A stretch of 63,987 nt of DNA, the filler included, from an uncultured bacterium (GTDB taxonomy: Bacteria; Hinthialibacterota; Hinthialibacteria; Hinthialibacterales; Hinthialibacteraceae), in NCBI GenBank assembly GCA_964449065.1. It is 9 parts of 9 records of this genome, joined end to end, with 100 filler letters (N's around TTAATTAATTAA, not from the genome) between each part and the next. Parts side by side here need not be neighbours in the genome. Positions count along the whole stretch, not along the records: positions 1 to 7,183 come from CAYVAZ010000266.1; positions 7,284 to 14,461 come from CAYVAZ010000267.1; 7 more parts are not named here. One strand, 5' to 3'. The notes under the pieces were generated by a model. That model was not told the DNA's origin. It saw nothing but the letters and a program-made list of their open reading frames with translations, and did not search any database. The position numbers were made by a program, and so were the translations under genes. Of the stretch, positions 1 to 8,350 are shown one piece after another (position 1 is the stretch's first letter; every line of letters starts with the position of its first letter).

Positions 1-21
1 GGGCGAGGCTCCCGCCGAGCC
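1..21 (+). repeat. REP-like repeat family B (GGGAGGGCGAGGCTCCCGCCGAGCC), truncated at window start
   Basis: Matches copies at 7056-7080, 13052-13076, 46097-46121 and 57662-57686. Confidence 0.75.
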
Positions 22-65
22 ACAGGGTTTTCACCTTACCCGACACTTTTTGCCTATCAGTGTAC

Positions 66-454
66 TTGTAGTTTATCAATCAAAAAATGACGGCTGGCTA
101 ATCTGTTGTTTCCCCCTTATTAACAGATGTTACGCATTCTTTACGATAGATTCGGTATTCTGATCATTCGCTAAATCTATCGCCCTCGCCCTATGGGAGA
201 GGGATGGGGTGAGGGTGTTTGGTGATAACCACCTCTAATAAAACTATTGCGTCAAAGGGGGCAATCGCTCTCTTCGCCCTCATCTCTTATCTTCTCCCAG
301 AGGGAGAAGACGATAGACCTTGCGTTTAACTTAAAAATTCGGTTTATAACTAAATTCTTTTTAAGTAGAAGTCAAATAGCATTTGCGTAACATCAGTTAT
401 TAAGAAAGGCTAGGGGGGATCGACACCCTTCGACCAATCATTGACACTGTTCTA
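66..454. mobile_element. Degenerate TIR family-E mini-element (TAGTACAGTGTCAA-type ends) hosting a nested family-A MITE
   Basis: 79-123 plus 397-450 align with the uninterrupted copy at 12928-13019. Right end is TTGACACTGTTCTA (441-454); the left end is eroded. Confidence 0.55.
124..396. mobile_element. Full-length 273-bp MITE, family A (TIR CTGATGTTACGCA)
   Basis: CAGATGTTACGCA (124-136) and TGCGTAACATCAG (384-396), flanked by a TTATTAA duplication (117-123, 397-403). Internal CCCTCGCCC..GGGAGAGGG and CTTCTCCC..GGGAGAAG hairpins. Homologous to 32289-32564. Confidence 0.85.
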
Positions 455-485
455 GGTCAATGTCCTGGAAATTAAGTCCTGGAAA

Positions 486-2315
486 TTAAGCCTTATTCAA
501 CGCATCCATAATTTTCCCGGCCAGGGATTCATTAATACCCGAAACCTGCGTTAACTCCTCAACACTTGTCTGCTTGATTTTCTCAAGAGACCCAAACCGC
601 CGCAGCAACTCCCGTTCTTTCGCCGGACCAATTCCAGATAGTTTACGCAGAAAAGATTCCTTCATCTTCTTTCCGCGCAATTGCGCGTGATAGGTTGTGC
701 CAAAGCGGTGCGCTTCATCCCGTACATTCTGCAAGAGCCGCAGTCCCTTGTTTTTCCGGTCCAATCGAATCGGCTGGCTCAGCCCCGGCAAAAAAATCTC
801 TTCCTCACGTTTTGCCAAGCTGCATACCGGGAACTGCTTGATATCCAATTCATCCAAGACTTCCAAAGCCGCGTTGAGATGACCTTTTCCGCCATCGATC
901 ATGATCAAATCCGGCGTCTCCGCGAACCGGCCTTTCTCCTCTTTATCGTCTTTCCCATGCAAAAACCGCCTTCGCAGCATCTCTTTCATGCTGGCATAGT
1001 CATCCACCTGATCCACATCTTTGATCCGAAACTTACGGTAATCGGATTTCTTCGGTTTCCCGTCATGAAACACAACCATCGCGCCCACGCTGTCTGAGCC
1101 TTGGGTATTGGCAATGTCATAACCTTCAATTCGCAACGGAAGGATTTCTAACCGAAGCGCTTCCTGCAAGGCAATCACATTTTCAGACACACCCTGCTTA
1201 ATCCCATGAATCTTGCGGTATTGCTGTTCCGCGCCGTGACAACTGTTTTTCTCAGCCATCTTCAGCATCGAATGCTTCAAACCCCGCTGTGGAATTTTCA
1301 CGGTTACTTTATGTTCCGCAATATCCGAAAAAATTTTTTCTATCGACTGCAATCTCGTTTTCCCGATATTGGCAGAAATAAATATTTCACGCGGGATATC
1401 CGCATTGTGCAGATAAAACTGCTCCAAAAACGCGTTGAGAATTTCGGGCGTGTCTGCATGCTTTACATCATCCATCAAATGGCGTGTAGATCCAATCACC
1501 CGGCCTCCCCGTCTTCGAATCACATTCACACAAGAAATATCATGCACGCGTCCAAAGCCTACAAAATCCTGATTTTCAACCGTGCGCTGCATCATCTTTT
1601 GTTCCATGGCAAACTGCTTTGCGGCCTCTAATATGTCCCGGTAAAACGCGGCCTTTTCAAACATCATTTGTTCGGCGCTGTGTGACATCTTTTCATCCAA
1701 GGCTTGAATGACATTTTCTGGCTGTCCCCGCAAAAAGTTGACAATACTCTGAGAAAACTGCCGGTATTCTTGTTTGGTAACAATTTCTCCGCAGGGAGCG
1801 CAACAGCGCCCCATTTCATAATCCAAACAAGGCCTGATCTTTAATAACTTTTCAGACTCATATTTGCAGGTACGAATGGGAAAAATCTCATGCAGCGCCG
1901 ACAGGGTCCGCCGCGCCTTCGATACATGCGGATAGGGTCCGAAATAATGCGCGCCATCCGCCGCCACTGTTCGCGTTATATATGCACGGGGAAACTCTTC
2001 CTGCATCGTAATCTTGATATAGGGATACCGCTTATCATCCTTTAATTTCACGTTGAAAAGTGGGTTGTATTTTTTGATAAGATTGTATTCCAGCAGCAGC
2101 GCTTCCACCTCATTATCGGTAATGACCGGCTCTACTGAATCCACATATTCCATAAAAGGAGACGCATACCCCCCATCCCGCCGCTGGCAGTGAGAGCGAA
2201 TCCGCTTTTGAATATCAATCGCCTTGCCGACATAAACCACCCGTCCCTGGTTATCTTTCATCATATACACACCGGGTTGATGCGGCAGCAAACGTATCTG
2301 TTCGGAAGTGATCAT
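486..2315 (-). CDS. uvrC: Excinuclease ABC subunit C
   Basis: N-terminal GIY-YIG (PGVYMMKD..VYVGKA), LKDDKRYPYI, RNase H-like RIEGYDI/PDLIMIDGGKG, RDEAHRF and C-terminal HhH. Confidence 0.98.
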   Translation of the reverse strand: MITSEQIRLLPHQPGVYMMKDNQGRVVYVGKAIDIQKRIRSHCQRRDGGYASPFMEYVDSVEPVITDNEVEALLLEYNLIKKYNPLFNVKLKDDKRYPYIKITMQEEFPRAYITRTVAADGAHYFGPYPHVSKARRTLSALHEIFPIRTCKYESEKLLKIRPCLDYEMGRCCAPCGEIVTKQEYRQFSQSIVNFLRGQPENVIQALDEKMSHSAEQMMFEKAAFYRDILEAAKQFAMEQKMMQRTVENQDFVGFGRVHDISCVNVIRRRGGRVIGSTRHLMDDVKHADTPEILNAFLEQFYLHNADIPREIFISANIGKTRLQSIEKIFSDIAEHKVTVKIPQRGLKHSMLKMAEKNSCHGAEQQYRKIHGIKQGVSENVIALQEALRLEILPLRIEGYDIANTQGSDSVGAMVVFHDGKPKKSDYRKFRIKDVDQVDDYASMKEMLRRRFLHGKDDKEEKGRFAETPDLIMIDGGKGHLNAALEVLDELDIKQFPVCSLAKREEEIFLPGLSQPIRLDRKNKGLRLLQNVRDEAHRFGTTYHAQLRGKKMKESFLRKLSGIGPAKERELLRRFGSLEKIKQTSVEELTQVSGINESLAGKIMDALNKA

Positions 2316-2394
2316 GCAGGTAATTATAGCAACTGAAATTGAACGTTCAAAATACGGTCAAACCTTATCCTAAAATATTGAATCGATAAAACGC

Positions 2395-2446
2395 TTGAAA
2401 ATCCAGTATTTATATGGTATAAAAAATTAAAATTATTTTTGGGAGG
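2395..2446 (+). promoter_or_regulatory. Putative sigma70 promoter and RBS for the LamG exoprotein gene
   Basis: TTGAAA (2395-2400), 17-nt spacer ending TGG, TATAAA (2418-2423); GGGAGG at 2441-2446. Confidence 0.5.
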
Positions 2447-2451
2447 AAGTC

Positions 2452-5139
2452 ATGAAATATTTTCAGTTTGTTATTGTATGTTTAGTTATTTGTGGTTCTC
2501 ATGTTGGGTTTTCACAGGATGTCACGTCCGGTCTGGAAGGATACTGGTCCTTGGATTCATTTGAAAATGAATCCACAGCGGATCAATCGGATAATGGCCG
2601 GGATGCCGTAACCGCTTTAGGTACTCCTATTCCTGCCGCGGGAAAACTTGGCAACGGCATTTTTTTTGATGGAAGTACGCATTTAAGTGCCGCGTGGAAA
2701 GGTGTGCAAGGCAACACTTCACGTACCATCAGCGCATGGATCAAAACCACGGATATCGGCAATGGAATTGTAGGCTGGGGTGCAAACAATACAGGGGAAA
2801 AATGGCACTTTCGGATTAACAATGATAGTGGAAATGGTGTTGTCGGCGCGATTCGAACAGAATATGCAGGAAGCCAAACGGTTGCCACTACCCTGGTTAA
2901 CGACGGTCAATGGCATCATGTTGTATCGGTATTTGAAGGCAACTTTCCAACGGATGTCGTACACTATGTTGATGGTGAATTGGATGAACAATCCTGGGTT
3001 GGCGCCACGGATATTCAAATCAATACAACAGAAGGCGATGACATCACAATCGGCGCGCGAATTCAAGGTACGACTCCCAATCAATTAAACGGAACCGTGG
3101 ATGAAGTGCGCGTATACAGCCGCGCGTTAAGCGCTGAGGATATTCGGGCATTATACGAAGAAGGGTTGGTGAACCAAAATCGCGCTGTCCGGTCCTTCAG
3201 TGAAACTGCTGCTGCGCCGGGGATGCCGGTTACCGTGAATTTAGACATTGGCACCGGCGTGTCCGGTACACTTACGGAAACCATCCCACCCGGATGGTCC
3301 GCCGGCGATATCAGCAATGCCGGTGTGCTGGATGGACAAACCATTACTTGGAACCTGGATGGTTCGATTGATTCTGTTTCGTATACAGCAGAACCCGGTG
3401 ATGAGGCCGGGAATGTTTTTAGCGGTGAGTTAGAAGGGTTATTCTCGGACGGTGATATTCAAATCACCACACTTTCCGGCAGTGTTGGCGACTTTGATTT
3501 CCATGCGGATATCGGAGATCTAGGCGCGGCAGGCAGCGCTGCTTTTGACGGCAATGAATACGCCCTAACCGGCAGCGGCGCGGATATTTGGGGATCAGCC
3601 GATGCCTTTCATTTCGCGTTTAAAGAATTGAACGGCCCGTTTATCATCCGTGGTAATGCTTTAGTTTTTCCGTTTGAAAGCGGCAGCGATTGGGTGAAAG
3701 GCGGGCTTATGGTACGCAACAATCTTACCCCCGGTTCGTCTCATGGCGATATCATCGTTCGCACAGATCTGCAAATGACTTCGCAAGCCCGACCCGCCCA
3801 GGGGGAATCCTCTATCACGGTAGAAGACTTAACCGGTGACCAATTGGGGGATATGGAAATTGTTCGCAGCGGAAATTTATTGGAATTCTTCCGAATCGAT
3901 TTGGACGGCAACCGCCAACCGCATGGTTCGATTGTGATCGAAGACCTCGAAGACCCTGTATATGCGGGCATTGTTATTACATCTCATGACAATGGCAATT
4001 TAAGTGAACTATTTTTCAGCAATCTTGAAATAGAAGAAATCGCGCAATCCAGTATCCGTATTATTTCTTCCGCGGCAGAGCGGCCTACATTTGGTGATGT
4101 GCTTACCGTCTCAATCGATGTCACCTCCAGAGAGACCAATTCAACGGTTGTAGAAGTTCCACCAAATGGATGGGCTGTATCGAACATTCAAACCTCATCC
4201 GGCAATGCTTCTGTAAATGCCAACGGTGAAATCGAGTGGGCGTTATCCCAATCCGGTTCCTTCACACTTACTTATGATCTCACAGTACCTGCGGATGTTT
4301 CCGAACCGGTCATTTCAGGTGAATTTTCCGGCAGCATCAATGGCGATGAAACACAAGGGCAAACTTCTATTGATATAGCAGGCTTGCTGCCGGAATCCGT
4401 TTTAGCTCAACAAGACACTGAAACCGGTCTCATCGGGTATTGGTCCATGGATGAAAACAGTGGTACCATCGCGGCAGATTCCTCCGCCAGCGGATTCGAC
4501 GCCATATTCGAGGGTGACCCAACCTGGGTAGCGGGGGTGAATGGTTCCGCACTAGAATTTGATGGCGATGACGCATTAATTACCCCGGATTTTTACGGAA
4601 TCGGGGGTAACAATCCGCGAACCATCCTATGCTGGATTAACACGACAACCACCAACACCCATGGAATCATCAGTTGGGGATTATCAACAAGCAACGGACA
4701 GAAACAGCACTTTCGGATTAATGACAATGCTGACAACGGTACCGTGGGTGCTATCCGCACGGAAATTCAAGGGACATTCAATATCGCGGAAACCGTCGTC
4801 AATGATGGCGTTTGGCACATGATCTCATCCACACTGCCGGAAGGCGGTCAAGTTGCCGTGGATTATGTTCACCATGTGGATGGGCTGTTAGAAGGTCTGT
4901 CGGGGACAAATGATAACGGAACCACTCTGCCTATTGATACCTTAACGGATCCGGCGACTACAGAACAGGAATTCCGCATTGGGATGAGTTTGCAAGGCGG
5001 AGACCCGCGGTTTTTCCCGGGAATAATCGATGAAGTTCGTGTCTATGACCGTGGGTTGACCACAGCGGAAATCCAAGCTATCTTTGTCAACGATGGTGGT
5101 GCAGTCGATACGCCAGTTGAAAACTTTATGCTATACTAA
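2452..5139 (+). CDS. Secreted multi-domain protein: two LamG/ConA-like domains, a central ConA-like module and two Ig-like repeats
   Basis: Signal peptide. Duplicated GYWS(L/M)D..WHxxxS..DEVRVYxR domains, GSGADIWG..DAFHF module, two E(T/V)xPxGW repeats. Ends TPVENFMLY. Confidence 0.85.
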   Translation: MKYFQFVIVCLVICGSHVGFSQDVTSGLEGYWSLDSFENESTADQSDNGRDAVTALGTPIPAAGKLGNGIFFDGSTHLSAAWKGVQGNTSRTISAWIKTTDIGNGIVGWGANNTGEKWHFRINNDSGNGVVGAIRTEYAGSQTVATTLVNDGQWHHVVSVFEGNFPTDVVHYVDGELDEQSWVGATDIQINTTEGDDITIGARIQGTTPNQLNGTVDEVRVYSRALSAEDIRALYEEGLVNQNRAVRSFSETAAAPGMPVTVNLDIGTGVSGTLTETIPPGWSAGDISNAGVLDGQTITWNLDGSIDSVSYTAEPGDEAGNVFSGELEGLFSDGDIQITTLSGSVGDFDFHADIGDLGAAGSAAFDGNEYALTGSGADIWGSADAFHFAFKELNGPFIIRGNALVFPFESGSDWVKGGLMVRNNLTPGSSHGDIIVRTDLQMTSQARPAQGESSITVEDLTGDQLGDMEIVRSGNLLEFFRIDLDGNRQPHGSIVIEDLEDPVYAGIVITSHDNGNLSELFFSNLEIEEIAQSSIRIISSAAERPTFGDVLTVSIDVTSRETNSTVVEVPPNGWAVSNIQTSSGNASVNANGEIEWALSQSGSFTLTYDLTVPADVSEPVISGEFSGSINGDETQGQTSIDIAGLLPESVLAQQDTETGLIGYWSMDENSGTIAADSSASGFDAIFEGDPTWVAGVNGSALEFDGDDALITPDFYGIGGNNPRTILCWINTTTTNTHGIISWGLSTSNGQKQHFRINDNADNGTVGAIRTEIQGTFNIAETVVNDGVWHMISSTLPEGGQVAVDYVHHVDGLLEGLSGTNDNGTTLPIDTLTDPATTEQEFRIGMSLQGGDPRFFPGIIDEVRVYDRGLTTAEIQAIFVNDGGAVDTPVENFMLY

Positions 5140-5165
5140 CCGGTAGATTTATTAGGATGAAATAC

Positions 5166-5196
5166 AGGCACTGTCGAAAGGCGGTGCCTTTATTTT
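5166..5196 (+). terminator. Rho-independent terminator
   Basis: AGGCACTGTC-GAAA-GGCGGTGCCT stem-loop followed by TTATTTT, just downstream of the stop. Confidence 0.75.
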
Positions 5197-5276
5197 AACT
5201 TCACAACCGTTCGTCTATGTAACAACAAGATTTTTGGGTAAGATAAACTTAACTTTATCACAATAAGGAAAGCCAA

Positions 5277-5429
5277 ATGAAAGAAATCATGCTCGAGTTC
5301 TATGAGTTTTTAAAGGAACGCAAAAAGTTCTGGCTGCTGCCGATTGTCATGGTCATTGTTCTGCTGGGTGCCTTGATTGTCTTTACGCAAACCTCGGCAA
5401 TCGCACCGTTTATCTATACCATGTTCTAA
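5277..5429 (+). CDS. DUF5989/SxtK-like small membrane protein (50 aa), absent from the ORF track
   Basis: Manual translation MKEIMLEFYEFLKERKKFWLLPIVMVIVLLGALIVFTQTSAIAPFIYTMF. RKKxWLxP..APFIYxxF is the family signature; AAGGA RBS upstream. Confidence 0.88.
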   Translation: MKEIMLEFYEFLKERKKFWLLPIVMVIVLLGALIVFTQTSAIAPFIYTMF

Positions 5430-5444
5430 TGTCTTTATGGTCTT

Positions 5445-5472
5445 GCAGGGGCACATTGCAATGTGCCCCTGC
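5445..5472. repeat. 28-bp perfect palindromic REP (GTAG-type variant)
   Basis: GCAGGGGCACATTGCAATGTGCCCCTGC; same family as 50928-50955 and 51386-51413. Confidence 0.85.
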
Positions 5473-5536
5473 GCCAGCCTCCATTTGCCAAAACAGGTAG
5501 AAAATCAATTGAAAAATTTTTTTAAGGAGAAGTCCT

Positions 5537-6862
5537 ATGCAAGCAGGTGTATTTTGGCGTTTAAGCGTAATGATGATGTTTCAATACTGGATTTGGGGGG
5601 CATGGGGACCCTATCTTCCCGTCTATTTGGAAAACGAACTGAACTTCAATTCGTTTCAAAAATCCATGATCATCAGCATGTTCTATCTGGCATTTTTAAT
5701 CACTCCATTTGTTGGCGGACAGTTTGTTGACCGCTACTTTTCCACCGAAAAGTTTATGGCATTCGCTCATATATTCGCGGGCATATTCATCCTGGTGATG
5801 GCGGAATCCGTGGACTTCATGACGATGCTGATCTTTATGCTGCTGCATTCATTTTTATACGCCATGACTCTGCCGCTGACGAACTCCATCAGCTTCCACA
5901 ATCTCAAGGATGTAGACCGCGAGTTCGGTTACATACGCGTCTGGGGAACCCTGGGCTGGATTTTGGCCGGTTGGGCCTTAACGGTATGGCTTAGTTTTGA
6001 CAACAGCGGTGAGAACTGCCTGCGCTTGGCGGGGATCATATCCATTCTATTGGGATTGTTCAGCTTCATCCTGCCGCACACGCCGCCCAATAAAGAAGCC
6101 AAAGACCCCTTCGCCTTTCTTGCGGCGATTAAGATGTTAAAAAAGCCCTCATTCCTGGTCTTCATTATCATCTCCTTCGTCGTCTCGACGGAATTAATGT
6201 TTTACTATTTCCTCACCGGACCGTTTTTGAGTGAATCCGGTATAAGCGCAAAGACGCTTCAGTTCCTAGAAGATTTAGGTATCGTCGGATATATTCAAAG
6301 CATTATGGCCGCGGTAGGCATGGTTTCATCCGGCGAAGAAATCCCCCCCGACAGCCTCATCCCCGCCATCATGACCATCGGCCAAATCGCTGAGATCGTG
6401 ACGATGGTGTGGATTCTGCAAAAGGTTCTGCCCAAATCCGGAATCAAGTTTTCCATGATGCTGGGAATCATCGCATGGCCGCTGCGCTATATTATCTTCG
6501 CCATCGGCACGCCGTGGTGGTTGGTTGTGCTCTCCTTAACCCTGCACGGTTTCTGTTATGTCTTTTTCTTCGTGGTCGGTCAGATTTATGTGGATAAAGT
6601 AGCCCCCAAAGATATCCGCGGTTCCGCCCAAAGTTTGATTATAATTGTTACCTTTGGCTTAGGCCAACTGGCGGGGGTCTATTTCGCGGGCTGGATTGAA
6701 GGCATATTTACCACAGGAGAAGGGGCCGAAGCGGTCACCAATTGGACGTATGTATTTATTGTTCCGGTCGTGTTGACGATCCTGTGTGCAATCGCGTTTC
6801 AACTCTTTTTCCATGAGCCAAAAGAAGTAGACAAAGAAGAATTAGAAGAAGCGACTCCATAA
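5537..6862 (+). CDS. MFS transporter, nucleoside:H+ symporter (NupG/YegT-like)
   Basis: RLSVMMMFQYWIWGAW, DRYFSTEK, FGYIRVWGTLGW, GQIAEI, LHGFCY; about 12 TM segments. Confidence 0.92.
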   Translation: MQAGVFWRLSVMMMFQYWIWGAWGPYLPVYLENELNFNSFQKSMIISMFYLAFLITPFVGGQFVDRYFSTEKFMAFAHIFAGIFILVMAESVDFMTMLIFMLLHSFLYAMTLPLTNSISFHNLKDVDREFGYIRVWGTLGWILAGWALTVWLSFDNSGENCLRLAGIISILLGLFSFILPHTPPNKEAKDPFAFLAAIKMLKKPSFLVFIIISFVVSTELMFYYFLTGPFLSESGISAKTLQFLEDLGIVGYIQSIMAAVGMVSSGEEIPPDSLIPAIMTIGQIAEIVTMVWILQKVLPKSGIKFSMMLGIIAWPLRYIIFAIGTPWWLVVLSLTLHGFCYVFFFVVGQIYVDKVAPKDIRGSAQSLIIIVTFGLGQLAGVYFAGWIEGIFTTGEGAEAVTNWTYVFIVPVVLTILCAIAFQLFFHEPKEVDKEELEEATP

Positions 6863-6969
6863 ATTGAAATAGGGTGCGACGCGCTTGGATCGGTTATGTT
6901 GAATTGATAATAACTGACTGAATCCATTTAGACCAACCGAAAAATGAAATGTACGTTTTCGGTAGAGAT

Positions 6970-7183
6970 GGTGGGCCACCGGACAAAAGCCGTTCGATTG
7001 GATTCAGGCATACATCCGCTTTTACTAATTGCAAGTGGAATGAAAACGTGCTTTTGGCTCGGCGGGAGCCTTGCCCTCCCAAAAAACCTGGCCCGGTGGG
7101 AGACTTGTGTTCCCACGTTTCGCTTGCTCGAGTGGTGGGCTACCGGACAGAAGCAGAACGAGTTGATTCAGGCATACACCCGC
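6970..7183 (+). repeat. Two 50-bp direct repeats flanking a family-B REP
   Basis: 6970-7019 versus 7134-7183, 42/50 identical by hand alignment. The second copy abuts the contig end. Confidence 0.75.
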
Positions 7184-7283
7184 NNNNNNNNNNNNNNNNN
7201 NNNNNNNNNNNNNNNNNNNNNNNNNNNTTAATTAATTAANNNNNNNNNNNNNNNNNNNNNNNNNNNNNNNNNNNNNNNNNNNN
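7184..7283. other. Artificial contig spacer N44-TTAATTAATTAA-N44 (also 14462-14561, 21736-21835, 28996-29095, 36215-36314, 43409-43508, 50596-50695, 57780-57879)
   Basis: Identical 100-nt linker with stops in all six frames. Contig lengths fall monotonically: 7178, 7174, 7160, 7119, 7094, 7087, 7084. Confidence 0.97.
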
Positions 7284-7421
7284 CTCCCTATGACGCAGTC
7301 GCGTAAATAGAGGTTTATTCCTCCCGAACCCTCACCCCCTCCCTCTCCCAGTGGGCGAGGGCGATAGATTCAGCGAACGATGAGAAAAACGGGTATATCA
7401 TAATGTAGTGCATAACATCAG
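7284..7421 (-). mobile_element. Family-A MITE, partial (cut by contig start)
   Basis: Reverse complement of the element's left half, ending TGCATAACATCAG. Confidence 0.8.
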
Positions 7422-7456
7422 TTACGTTTTAATCCGAGAGAAAGCCGTTAACCAAT

Positions 7457-8350
7457 ATGCCGCCAAACACATTATTAGAACCATCCGTCCTTACCGCGAT
7501 ATCCCACCTCGAGCTGATCGCCAAAAAAGCGGTCGAAGGCGCGGTATCCGGCTTGCACCACAGCCAATACAAAGGCCGCAACATCGAGTTCAGCGAACAC
7601 CGTCCCTACAACCCCGGCGATGAACTGCGCTATATCGACTGGCGCGTCTACGCCAAATCCGACCGCTTTCATGTCAAGCAATACGAAGAAGACACCAACC
7701 TGCGCGCTACCCTATTAGTCGATATCAGTGGTTCCATGAAATATGAGGGAGAACACACCTCTAAAATCAACTACGCCCGGCAAATCGCCGCCGCGTTTTC
7801 TTACCTCATTCTCAAGCAAGGCGATAGCGTAGGGATGCTGTTGTTCGATGACGCGGTGCGCCAATTCGTCCCCTCCCGCCAGCGGCAGGATCAATGGGTC
7901 AGCATCTTGCAGGTGTTGGGTGAATCCCCCTGCTCGGATATCGAATCCAAAATCGGGAACGTACTTTCTTCACTCGGTGAATATGTTAAAAAGCGCGGAT
8001 TGGTCATCATCGTATCCGATCTCATCGATCAGCCCGAAGCAGTATTAAAAAATCTTTCACTGCTGCGGATGCAAAATCATGAAGTCGTGGTGTTTCATGT
8101 ACTCGCCCCGGAGGAAATCGAAATGCCCTATTACGGCACGGTTGAATTCTTCCCCTTAGAAGGCGGTAACGACCCGTTTCAGACATCACCCAGAAAATTG
8201 CAAAAGAACTATCAATCCCGCGTACAACAATTTATCGAACACTACCGCAACGGCTGTTTGGAATTGGGGGTCGACTACCAATTGGTTCGCACCGATAAAA
8301 TGCTGGAAAACGTGTTGCGGGAATACTTGCAAAAACGGATGAAACGATGA
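7457..8350 (+). CDS. DUF58 (vWA-like) protein
   Basis: GLHHSQYKG..EFSEHRPYNPGDELRYIDW, VDISGSM, SDL motifs. Confidence 0.95.
   Translation: MPPNTLLEPSVLTAISHLELIAKKAVEGAVSGLHHSQYKGRNIEFSEHRPYNPGDELRYIDWRVYAKSDRFHVKQYEEDTNLRATLLVDISGSMKYEGEHTSKINYARQIAAAFSYLILKQGDSVGMLLFDDAVRQFVPSRQRQDQWVSILQVLGESPCSDIESKIGNVLSSLGEYVKKRGLVIIVSDLIDQPEAVLKNLSLLRMQNHEVVVFHVLAPEEIEMPYYGTVEFFPLEGGNDPFQTSPRKLQKNYQSRVQQFIEHYRNGCLELGVDYQLVRTDKMLENVLREYLQKRMKR

Noticed and set aside
5377..5730. 117-aa ORF in the track
   Set aside because: It overlaps the DUF5989 gene, a REP and the MFS gene out of frame.
6970..7183. 50-bp direct repeats as a CRISPR array
   Set aside because: Two divergent copies and a 114-bp spacer containing a REP; no cas genes.
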